Source: Octopus sinensis
Lineage: Eukaryota
Reading direction: 5' to 3'
NCBI RefSeq assembly: GCF_006345805.1
Contig: NW_021826876.1
Location: forward strand, 1 to 11,813
DNA length: 11,813 nt
In this document: positions 1 through 8,271 of the stretch, in pieces
How positions within the stretch are numbered: the first letter of the stretch is position 1
How the letters are laid out: the number at the start of each line of letters is the position of its first letter
Notes under the pieces: generated by a model
The model's input: the letters and a program-made list of their open reading frames with translations, nothing else
Databases searched by the model: none
Told to the model about the DNA's origin: nothing
Made by a program: the position numbers and the translations under genes

Positions 1-139
1 CAAGGAGAGACAAACGGATTAAGTCGATTACATCGACCCCAGTGCGTAACTGATACTTATTTATCGACTCCGAAAGGATGAAAGGCAAAGTCGACCTCGG
101 CGGAATTTGAACTCAGAACGTAACGGCAGACGAAATACC
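1..139 (-). mobile_element. tRNA-derived SINE, family A (octopus OK-like / Meta-domain-like), partial copy
   Basis: Reverse complement reads GGTATTTCGTCTGCCGTTACGTTCTGAGTTCAAATTCCGCCGAGGTCGACTTTGCCTTTCATCCTTTCGGAGTCGATAAATAAGTATCAG, with a B-box-like GAGTTCAAATTCC. Near-identical to 146-329 and related to 4031-4230. The family name is from recollection, not a database search. Confidence 0.85.
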
Positions 140-145
140 TATTTC

Positions 146-329
146 AAGGGGCTAAACATAGAGGGGACAAACAAGGACGGACATAGGTATTAAGTCGATT
201 ACATCGACCCCAGTGCGTAACTGGCACTTAATTTATCCGACCCGAAAGGATGAAAGGCAAAGTCGACCTCGGCGGGATTTGAACTCACAACGTAACGGCA
301 GACGAAATACATTTCGCCTGGCGTGCCGC
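146..329 (-). mobile_element. tRNA-derived SINE, family A, second tandem copy including its 3' tail
   Basis: Direct repeat of 1-139 (ATTAAGTCGATTACATCGACCCCAGTGCGTAACTG ... GGCAGACGAAATAC), plus a tail segment AAGGGGCTAAACATAGAGGGGACAAAC and part of the head (ATTTCGCCTGGCGTG). Confidence 0.85.
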
Positions 330-337
330 AATATCAA

Positions 338-660
338 TGTGTATGTATGTATGTATGTATGTATGTATGTATGTATGTATGTATGTGTGTGTGTGTGTAC
401 ATACCCGTGTGTATGTATGCATGTCTGTATGTATGTACATACACGTGTATATGCATGCCTGCATGTATGTATGTGTGTGTAGGTGTGTGTGTGCATGTAT
501 GTGTCTATGTATGTATGTGTTTATGTATGTATGTATGTATGTATGTATGTATGTATGTATGTATGCATGTGTCCATGTATGTATGCGTGCATGTATGAAT
601 GTATGCATGAGTGTATACATGCCTGTGTGGATATATGTATGTATGAATGTATGTATGTGT
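338..660. repeat. (ATGT)n / (GT)n compound microsatellite
   Basis: Directly visible; it generates the MYVC and HTYI pseudo-ORFs. Confidence 0.97.
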
Positions 661-912
661 TTCTGACAACCCAGTAGAACTTCTGGCACGGTCGGGATGA
701 CGGCGACTAAACCATGAACCCTTTAAAGAAAGCTTAGTAAGGGAGATGCTTTTTGTTGGACACGCATCAGGACAAAAGTCAAAACCTGTGAGAGGGTGGA
801 GAAGTCATTAAACTCAACAGCCATTGAATATCCCGGAGTGAACGTCCCCTAAACTTTGTTTAGAAATCCAGCGTCTTGCTCTTGTTTGTTTCTGGACTAT
901 CTGTCTTTGTAG

Positions 913-952
913 GTGAAAGTCTTAGCGGTTATTGACTCCAAATTTCAACACG
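913..952 (+). CDS. Candidate 40-nt internal exon (VKVLAVIDSKFQH-), host gene unknown
   Basis: Pyrimidine tract and acceptor CTATCTGTCTTTGTAG| (to 912), donor ACG|GTAATT (953), and one open frame within non-repetitive sequence. No protein family recognised. Confidence 0.3.
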
Positions 953-1102
953 GTAATTGCTGACAGCCGTTGTCTTTAACATCAGGGAAACAAGGAAACA
1001 ATGATTTGTTAGTGATGGTCATATTAGTCTACGAGTTGACAGCCTCCTTGTATGTTTGTATGAATGTATGTATATATATTATATGTAAATTATACATGTA
1101 CA

Positions 1103-1119
1103 TACACACACTCACACAT

Positions 1120-1190
<71 letters not shown>
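1103..1190. repeat. (CA)n microsatellite
   Basis: Directly visible. Confidence 0.98.
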
Positions 1191-1192
<2 letters not shown>

Positions 1193-1193
<1 letters not shown>

Positions 1194-1416
1194 AGCAATC
1201 CCTTGACTATTGTGGGTATTACATTCCACGCACACACCCGCGATAGGTGAAAATCCGCGAAGAAGAAACAGTACTGTACTGCATATTTTTATCATTATTT
1301 TAATAATTTGTTTATATTTATTTTATTATAAATGCAAAACAACTCCACAGATTAATCGACGTAAGCTTGAGTAATAAACCACGATAGGCGAACCACGATA
1401 TGGTGAGGGATTTTTA
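1193..1416. mobile_element. pogo/Tigger-type MITE (non-autonomous DNA transposon), degraded TIRs
   Basis: Left end AGCAATCCCTTGACTATTGTGG and right end CCACGATATGGTGAGGGATT are imperfect inverted repeats (AATCCCT/AGGGATT core). Internal CGCGATAGGTGAAAATCCGCGAAG and CACGATAGGCGAACCACGATA are subterminal motifs typical of Tigger-like MITEs. Followed by a TA run. Confidence 0.65.
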
Positions 1417-1432
1417 TATATATATATATATA

Positions 1433-1884
1433 TGTATCTTGTTTGGCTTAACAGCTCTCATTGTCTGTGTTACTGTTATTCTCCTTGTCCTGTCTTTTGC
1501 TGTTTATAATTTGTACTGTCTTTACTGTCCTGTTTTTGTTACCATTTTTACCCCTCCGCAAAAAAATCTCAAATTTTATTTAATTTGCTTTTCGCGGAAG
1601 GAATGTTTCAAAGAAATCGTGTCTTGTCTTTACTTTCGAAACGCGGAGTAGATGAAACAGAGGCGACTGAAGAAGGGGAATTTTCTTTGTGTTGTATGTC
1701 CTGTACTCTATTTTTTCGTTGTTTAAGAAAAATGTCCATTTCCTTGGTTTTGTGTTTATGTTTTCGTTTCTCATTATGTTCGACGTTTTTTGGTGCCCTG
1801 TACCCATATATGCATGTATATATACATGTAGATGTAGGTACGTACATATATGTATGTATATATGCATATGTTTTATTTATTAAT
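1433..1884 (+). mobile_element. T-rich interspersed repeat family P (Penelope-like terminal repeat / retroelement 3' end), copy 1
   Basis: 1636-1884 aligns by eye with 11187-11435 (same strand) and 8822-9047 (opposite strand). The copies share the end abutting (TA)n and differ at the other end. The Penelope assignment is inference. Confidence 0.7.
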
Positions 1885-1984
1885 TTGTTATATATATATA
1901 TATATATAACTGTATATATATATGTATGTTTTATGTGTATGAGTGTGTCGTGCACATATACTTACGCATATATTATCAGTCAAC

Positions 1985-2737
1985 AGATACGTATGTAGGT
2001 ATGTATGCGCATATTTGTATGTTTTATGTATGTATTCTCATGCATATAGTTGCATACCTAGACATGCTCATATATATTTAAATGATAAACTTGTGGAAAG
2101 TTTTACAGATTTTTATTGTTCCAGTGATGGATTGTAGTCTTCGAATTAGTTTTTGAGAAGCCTAATTTCTCAAGATTGGTATTTAGGCTGTGTGTTACAT
2201 ATCCTAGGGCTCCAATAATTACAGGTATAAACCTAAACTTGTAATCTGGATAGAGTAACTGCAGATTTATCAATAGTTCAACATAGGTGTTCTCTTTTTC
2301 ACTGATTTTCAGCTTTATGTTATCATCCTCTGAGCAGCTAATTTCCACAACTGTACACAGTTTCTCTTCTCTATCCCAAATCATTATATCAGGTCTGTTG
2401 TGCTTACATTCTATTGAGGTCTTCACTGGTATATTCCACCTGTTTTCCTTTTTATTATGAGTGGCTATTGTGTGTTCTTATTTCTTTTCCCTCGGGATTA
2501 TCCTTCCGACGGATTTCATTATAGAGTGTACTAACTACAACGTCATGTCTCATCGGTAGATAATACTGTGATGACATTTTCGGACAACTGTTTATGATGT
2601 AGATGATATTTTCAGTGTGAACCACACAAAGTCTGCGTCGGTTGTCACATTTTACTGCTTTTTCTGCATCTATATCCCTTTTGTGCATCAGGTACTTGGT
2701 TGATATTTCCTGTTCCTGGATTGCAGACGCATACCCT
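1985..2737 (-). mobile_element. 5'-truncated R4/Dong-clade non-LTR retrotransposon (RLE-type LINE) fragment
   Basis: Contains the decayed ORF C-terminus described at 2078-2737. The 5' break sits directly against an (ATAC)n tract; the 3' UTR boundary is approximate. Confidence 0.8.
2078..2737 (-). pseudogene. Decayed C-terminal ORF of RLE LINE: post-RT region, CCHC zinc knuckle and PD-(D/E)xK restriction-like endonuclease
   Basis: Minus-strand translation across frameshifts: [16 protein letters not shown] ... [21 protein letters not shown] ... RHD (knuckle with C>R and H>Y changes) ... KHNRPDIMIWDREEKLCTVVEISCS ... KISEKENTY ... FIPVIIGALG ... RRLQSITGTIKICKTFHKFII*. Frameshifts near 2455-2426 and ~2140. 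Confidence 0.88.
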
Positions 2738-2789
2738 TGTATGTATGTATGTATGTATGTATGTATGTATGTATGTATGTATGTATGTA
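2738..2789. repeat. (ATGT)n microsatellite
   Basis: Directly visible. Confidence 0.97.
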
Positions 2790-2802
2790 TCTCTCTATAT
2801 AT

Positions 2803-2975
2803 GTCTGACTGTCTGTGTATTTGCCTATTTGCCTGTCTGGCTGTCTTCTGTCTGTCTGTCTGACTCTCTCTGTCTGTTCGCCTGTCCGTCTGCCAGTCTG
2901 CTTGCTTGCCTGTCTGCCAGCTCGTGTGTTTGTCTGTCTATTTATCTATCTATTGATCTGTCTTTCTGTCAAGTT
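2803..2975. repeat. Degenerate (TCTG)n / (TCTA)n low-complexity tract
   Basis: Directly visible. Confidence 0.85.
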
Positions 2976-2986
2976 TCCTACCTTTC

Positions 2987-3158
2987 CATCCATCCATCAG
3001 GTTTCCTACCATCCATCCATCCATCCACCCATCCATCCATCCATCCATCCATCCATCCATCCATCCATCCATCCATCCATCCATCCATCCATCTACATCC
3101 ACCCATCCATCCATCCATCCATCCATCCATCCATCCATCCATCCATCCATCCATCCAC
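2987..3158. repeat. (CCAT)n microsatellite
   Basis: Directly visible; it generates the HPSI and MDGW pseudo-ORFs. Confidence 0.98.
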
Positions 3159-3578
3159 CCTTTCCATGCCTCTACGTAAGAGAGGCTCTGTGTGTGTATA
3201 CATGTGATTGTGAGCAAATATGTGAATATGTGTCTGAATGAGTAAAGATCTTTGGGTCTATCTCGCCGAGTATAAGCTTTTCCACGAGTGTCTGGTGTGT
3301 GTGTGTGTGTGTGTATGTGTGAACGCTAACAACTTCCGCTTATCCCTACCACCACCTAACGAATATCTTTAGTTACGTCATTCAAGAGATTACTCTTTAC
3401 ATTATTCCAACTTTAATCCTACTTTATCTGAACCAGGCGAGAGCGCGGACTCAGAGCGTTGTACTCACGATCGATACATCATGGTTTCGGTTCCTGGACT
3501 GAGTTGTGAGAGTTGTGTTCGTATAGCAAAACATTGTTGAATAAATCGAGGCTTTTATACGAAAAAAAAAATGTACAT

Positions 3579-3891
3579 GTGTCTTCTACTATAGCCTCAG
3601 GCCGACCAAAGCCTTGTGAGTGGATTTGGTAGACGGAAACTGAAAGAATCCAGTCGTATATATGTATGTATATATATACGTGTGTGTGTTTTTTGTGTGT
3701 CTGTGTTTGTCCCCCCAACATCGCTTGACAACCGATGCTGGTGTGTTTATGTCTACGTAACTTAGCGCTTCGGCAAAAGAAACCGACAGAATAAGTACTA
3801 GGCTTCCGAAGAATAAGTCCCGGGGTCGAGTTGCTCGACTAAAGGCGGTGCTCCAGCATGGCCACTGAAACAAGTAAAAGAGTAAAAGAGA
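3579..3891 (+). mobile_element. tRNA-derived CORE-like SINE, family B, 5'-truncated
   Basis: Colinear with 10168-10500: CTACTATAGCCTCAGGCCGACCAAAGCCTTGTGAGTGGATTTGGTAGACGGAAACTGAAAGAA, an internal TA/TG tract, then the 3' half ending GAAACAAGTAAAAGAG. Confidence 0.9.
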
Positions 3892-3955
3892 GTATGATAC
3901 CACTTCCAATCAGTTAAGATTAAAAGCCATGAGAGACACTGCCTGGTACTGTCTG

Positions 3956-3957
<2 letters not shown>

Positions 3958-3988
<31 letters not shown>

Positions 3989-4030
3989 TATTATTATTAT
4001 TATTATTATTATTATCATCATCATCATCAT
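3958..4030. repeat. (ATT)n(ATC)n microsatellite
   Basis: Directly visible. Confidence 0.97.
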
Positions 4031-4245
4031 GAATGGTGTTAGTATGCCGGACAAAAGTCTTAGCAGCATTTCGTCTGTCTTTATGTTCTGAGTCCAAATT
4101 CTACCGAAGTCGACTTCGCTTTTCATCCTTTCGGAGTCGATAAGAGAAGTACAAGTTGAGCACCGGGGTCGATGAAATCGTCTAATCCCCCCTCCTCGAA
4201 ATTGCTGGCCTTGTGCCAAAATTTGAAATCATTATTATTATCATC
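4031..4245 (+). mobile_element. tRNA-derived SINE, family A-related, with different 3' tail and (ATT)n end
   Basis: GCATTTCGTCTGTC ... GTTCTGAGTCCAAATTCTACCGAAGTCGACTTCGCTTTTCATCCTTTCGGAGTCGATAAG matches the reverse complement of 1-139. Tail is AAATTGCTGGCCTTGTGCCAAAATTTGAAA followed by ATT/ATC repeats. Confidence 0.85.
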
Positions 4246-4335
4246 ATGGCTCCGAAGGCTGGCTGAATATCTAGCACACCAGCCTCAGTAGTTTGTGATG
4301 TTTTCCTTCCGGCTATACATTCTGAATTCAAATGT
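4246..4335 (+). mobile_element. Highly diverged SINE family A head fragment
   Basis: GCTGGCTGAATATCTAGCACACCAG ... ATTCTGAATTCAAAT resembles the head and B-box region of the family A copies. Confidence 0.4.
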
Positions 4336-5092
4336 CATCGTTAAAATGAATACCTACTATTAACAAGCGCATGAGACGTTACGACGCCATCGTCCCACCT
4401 GTGGTTCCCAATAACAGCGGATTCCATTTTCTACAACTTCCCTATATCTCCCTTCCCCCTCTCTCTCTTTCTCTCTCTCTCTCTTCAGCTATCTATTTAT
4501 CGGTCTTTTCTTCTTCATTTCCTTACATCTCTATTGGTTTTCCGATCCAAAAATCCGAAAGAACCACGTTCTTTCCGTTCCTTAAATTTCGCACATATCT
4601 TGTCTGAATGCCGTCGTATAGCCGAAAGAACACCTACGTGTAAAAAAAAAAGGACTTGTATCGTTTATTATGTTTCCTTTTTCGTTACCGTCTTTGCTTT
4701 ATCGTTTTATATACTTTCCTGTTCTCTTCATAACTCATCCCTTTTACCTGTTGGTGAAGAGACCCTGTCTTTTATTTATTCATTTTCTTTGCTTGTCTCA
4801 TTTTGTCCTTCACCTCGGTTCATTTATAACCCAGCGAATTATTGCTTTTGACGCCACATGTTGAACGATATCATAAATAAGGCGTCGAAATTGTGATGAC
4901 TTTTGGTTGATAAGTGAGAGGAGTGATCTTGTCCAGGTCCTTTCTATGCTTTTTCCAGTTTTCTGTATGTTCCTTTGTCTTTCTCTTGTGCCACAATCGT
5001 ACATACATACTTACATACATACATACACACATACACTACATATATACTTAGAGTGTATATATGTATATATATATATATATATATACATATAT

Positions 5093-5501
5093 AGCAATAA
5101 TAATTCTCTAAATGAGATATAGACAGTAACTGCTCCATAACATAAGGGACTAAAGCCATCTGAATATGGCTAGGGACAAGGGCAGGGTGGTGGGGGTGTT
5201 ACTGTTGCATTTAGCCCAGGCGAACATCGACGTCGCCAGATAGGCTTGACACCATCACGGTGTCTTTAACCTGCAAAGGGAGAGATAATTCCCCGATGAA
5301 GCGGAAACCACACACGGACCATGGTTTCAAGGTTGTATTGCCTATCTCAAACGTGTGGTAGGCCCCGCTTCCTGACGAAATCTCACTCGCAGGATATTCA
5401 TATATAGATTTTCGCAAAATACATTTGCTGATTTCGAAAATCTGTTCGACAGCAATAATAATTCTCTAAATGAGATATAGACAGTAACTGCTCCATAACA
5501 T
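5093..5501 (+). repeat. 358-bp unit of unknown identity plus 51-bp exact terminal redundancy (forward arm)
   Basis: 5093-5143 is identical to 5451-5501 (AGCAATAATAATTCTCTAAATGAGATATAGACAGTAACTGCTCCATAACAT); period 358. Confidence 0.95.
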
Positions 5502-5962
5502 CGGGAATTATCTCCTTTGCAGGTTAAAGGACACCGTGATGGTGTCAAGCCTATCTGGCGACGTCGAGTTCGCTTGGGGCTAAATGCAACAGTAACACCC
5601 CCACCCCCACCCTGCCCTGTCCCTAGCCATATTCAGATGGTTTAGTCCTTATGTTATAGTTATGTCTATATCTCATTTAGAGATTATATGCTGTCGAACA
5701 TTTTCGAAATCAGCAACATCTATATATGAATATCCCAGAGTGAGATTTCCAGCGGGGACCACACACGTTGATCAGGCATACACTTGATGAAACCATGGTC
5801 CGGTGTGTTTCCGCTTATCGAGGAATTAGCAGGTAAAGGACAACGTGATGGTGTCAAGCCTATGGCGAGTCGCGATGTTCGCCTTGGGCTAAAGCAACAG
5901 TAACACCCCCACCACCCTGCCCTGTCCCTAGCATATTCAGATGGCTTTAGTCCTTATGTTAT
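5499..5962 (-). repeat. Inverted, deletion-riddled copy of the 358-bp unit covering more than one lap (reverse arm)
   Basis: Starts as the reverse complement of 5298 backwards (CATCGGGAATTATCTC), crosses the unit head/tail junction at 5692/5693 (TGCT|GTCGAAC), and repeats its own first segment at ~5817-5962. Confidence 0.93.
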
Positions 5963-6371
5963 ATATATATATATATATATATAACCATACATACACACAC
6001 ACAACACACACACATATATAGTTGTACGTATGTATGTCTGAGGAGAAGTGAAAGAGAGAAGAGTGATTGATTGACGAATTGACAGATAGATAGGCCTAGG
6101 GGCTTGGAATTAGGTTCGTTAAAAGTTTCGACGATAGATAAGTAGGAAGAAGGTTAAAGACTGCAAGTGGGCGATTAAGGGGAAACTGCGATATGAAGGG
6201 GCAAGCCAAGGAAGAAAGAGAGGATAATGATAATTGGAAGAAGGTGGGTGATGGAACCAGAAGGAAGGAAACCAAGTTATTTGTATATATATATATACAT
6301 ATATGTGTTGAATGTGTAAAATATGTCAACTATGTTTCTAACTATCCTATATATTTATGTGATCAGGGATG

Positions 6372-6386
6372 CACACACACACACAC

Positions 6387-6466
<80 letters not shown>

Positions 6467-6470
6467 GCAC
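6372..6470. repeat. (CA)n microsatellite
   Basis: Directly visible. Confidence 0.98.
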
Positions 6471-6589
6471 GCACTGAAACACGTATGCCTAAACGAGTCT
6501 TAAAATTTTCAACTTCTTCCCAATTACTACTTCAACTGTAGCGCAAAGACAACTTTTTTTTCGTACAATTAAAACGATGATAATAATAA

Positions 6590-6715
6590 GCAGGAGTGGC
6601 TGCATGGTAAGTAGCTTGCTTACCGGCACTTTGGGCAAAAACTTCTACTATAGCTTCGGGCCGACCAAAGCCTTGTGAGTGGATTTGGTAGACGGAAACT
6701 GAAAGAAGCCCGTCG
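6590..6715 (+). mobile_element. CORE-like SINE family B, 5' half, with internal deletion of the B box
   Basis: GCAGGAGTGGCTGCATGGTAAGTAGCTTGCTTACC|GGCACTTTGGGCAA lacks the AACCACATGGTTCCAGGTTCAGTCCCACTGCGT segment present in the 10081 copy; it ends in a (TA)n tract. Confidence 0.88.
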
Positions 6716-6733
6716 TATATGAATATATATATG

Positions 6734-6776
<43 letters not shown>

Positions 6777-6807
6777 TACATATATATATAATATATATAT
6801 ATATATG
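6716..6807. repeat. (TA)n microsatellite
   Basis: Directly visible. Confidence 0.97.
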
Positions 6808-6857
6808 CATGCATTTTATCTGAAAGCTTTAATGAGAGCAATTTGATTGCTGTACGT

Positions 6858-6862
6858 GCACA

Positions 6863-6906
<44 letters not shown>
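6858..6906. repeat. (CA)n microsatellite
   Basis: Directly visible. Confidence 0.97.
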
Positions 6907-6908
<2 letters not shown>

Positions 6909-7049
6909 CCTAAAGTAGAATAAAACAGGAGAATTAATTTATACTTTTATTAATAATGGTTTCAGTAATAGAAAGGATTATTAATAAATGCGTTCGTCGG
7001 ATAGTTGTGATAACTGTCAGACGAACGGGAACGTGAAACTCTGTGTAGT

Positions 7050-7835
7050 ATGGGTTACTGTTGTTGTTTTGAAGATTGGTTCTTCAATCATTTTATCCCA
7101 GCAGCAGAGAAGTACTGTAAGGAGAAGGGGATTCCTTTTAAGGTTTTGCTTATCTTAGATAATGCTCCTGGCCACCCGCAAAACATCGTAGATTTTGACC
7201 CCAACGTTACCGTCGTATACTTCCCTCCGAGCACCACGTCTCTTCTGCAGCCAATGAGTCAGGGGATAATTGCTATCTTTAAGCGTTACTATAAGAAGCG
7301 TACGCTACGTCAAGCAATAGCTGCAACTGATCTTGAAGAGTCCATCACATTTCATGACTTTTGGAAGAGATCGGAAATCTACAAGGCTGGACAGAATATA
7401 ACAGCGGCATGGAATGATGCGCAGAGTACGGCTATGAATTGTGTATGGAAGAAGCTATGCCCGCAATTCATGAATGATTTTAAAGGGTTTGATAATGTTG
7501 CAATCAACAAAACTAGAGCAAAAAACTGGAAATTGATTTGAAGGCGGAGGATTTTACAGATTTATTTGAAAAAGGCAAGCAACCCCTGACGAACGAGGAT
7601 TTTATAGAGCTTCACGAGCAGCAAAATAAAGAAGAGGAAATCGAACCTGAGCCACGTCATTTTGCCATTAAGTAAATGCAGCAAGCATTTGCATATATCG
7701 AAAAAGGGTTTTCTATGTTCGAGTATATGGCTCCAAATGCTCAGCGTTTTCCCAAGATTATGGGGACTTGTCACGAAAGAAACGAAGAAGAAGACAGTTC
7801 AAGGAACTCTCAACCGGTTTTTTTTTAACGTATCG
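7050..7835 (+). pseudogene. Tigger/pogo (TIGD1/CENP-B-like) transposase, DDE domain and C-terminus, disrupted
   Basis: FEDWFFNHFIP ... KVLLILDNAPGHP ... VVYFPPSTTSLLQPMSQGII (QPMDQG with D>S). Frameshift near 7530 into EDFTDLFE ... LTNEDFIEL ... IK*MQQAF, then another frame ends KKKTVQGTLNRFF. Confidence 0.92.
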
Positions 7836-8236
7836 AACAAGAACAGCCAGAGTCAGTTATTGATGTTGACGAGCTACAACCAACTACATCCACGATGTGA
7901 ACCACAAAATTGTATGTACGCATTGGTACGTAGTTTTTTTCCTATTGCAAAATAGTAATAATTACTGAATTTGGTTTTTAAGCTTAAAAAAAGGTTTTAT
8001 TTTACCATGTCTTATTGCAAACCGCATTCATAAATAAAGCGTCCGCGATGTACGGTAGACACAGCCAAATTGTATTCGTAAGTTTAGATTATTTGTTTTT
8101 TTACTGTACTGTATTTATAAATAAAAATTGTTTGCTTGTAAGCTTAAAATAAGTTTTTATTTACAATGCATTCATAAATAAAGTACAGAACTAGGAATGG
8201 TTATTATCGGTTTAGCAGAGAGACAAGTAAATTCGG

Positions 8237-8271
8237 CCTAGCCTAGCCTAGCCTAGCCTAGCCTAGCCTAG
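8237..8271. repeat. (CCTAG)7 perfect pentamer array inside the transposon 3' region
   Basis: Directly visible. Confidence 0.95.

Noticed and set aside
213-689. ORFs of 64-134 aa (MYVC / HTYI repeats), and similar ORFs over the other microsatellites
   Set aside because: They are translations of simple repeats that lack stop codons; no coding signal.
2700-3217. 159-aa, 130-aa and shorter ORFs with HPSI / MDGW repeats
   Set aside because: Produced by (TCTG)n and (CCAT)n tracts.
3430-3500. Splice-like signals on both strands (also at ~9745 minus and ~11615-11645 plus)
   Set aside because: They define only 25-27-nt segments with no recognisable peptide; indistinguishable from background.
4849-4890. 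GACGCC...GGCGTC stem followed by GAAA
   Set aside because: No hammerhead core 5' of the stem. The surrounding T-rich region (4440-5000) may be an old repeat, but I cannot classify it.
5292-5443. Hammerhead-like words in the unit (CCGATGA, CTGACGA, CGAAA) and HDV-like GGCGAA / GGCTAA
   Set aside because: The required helices cannot be formed in the correct order and register around them.
5211-5548. Two 68-aa minus-strand ORFs in the 358-bp unit
   Set aside because: Short, no recognisable motif, and one spans the strand-switch junction.
5093-5962. CRISPR-like array or LTR pair
   Set aside because: No short repeat-spacer periodicity, the context is eukaryotic, and there is no TG...CA bounded pair, primer-binding site or internal region.
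6040-6290. Purine-rich segment with 77-aa and 94-aa ORFs
   Set aside because: Low-complexity strand bias; no domain-like sequence.
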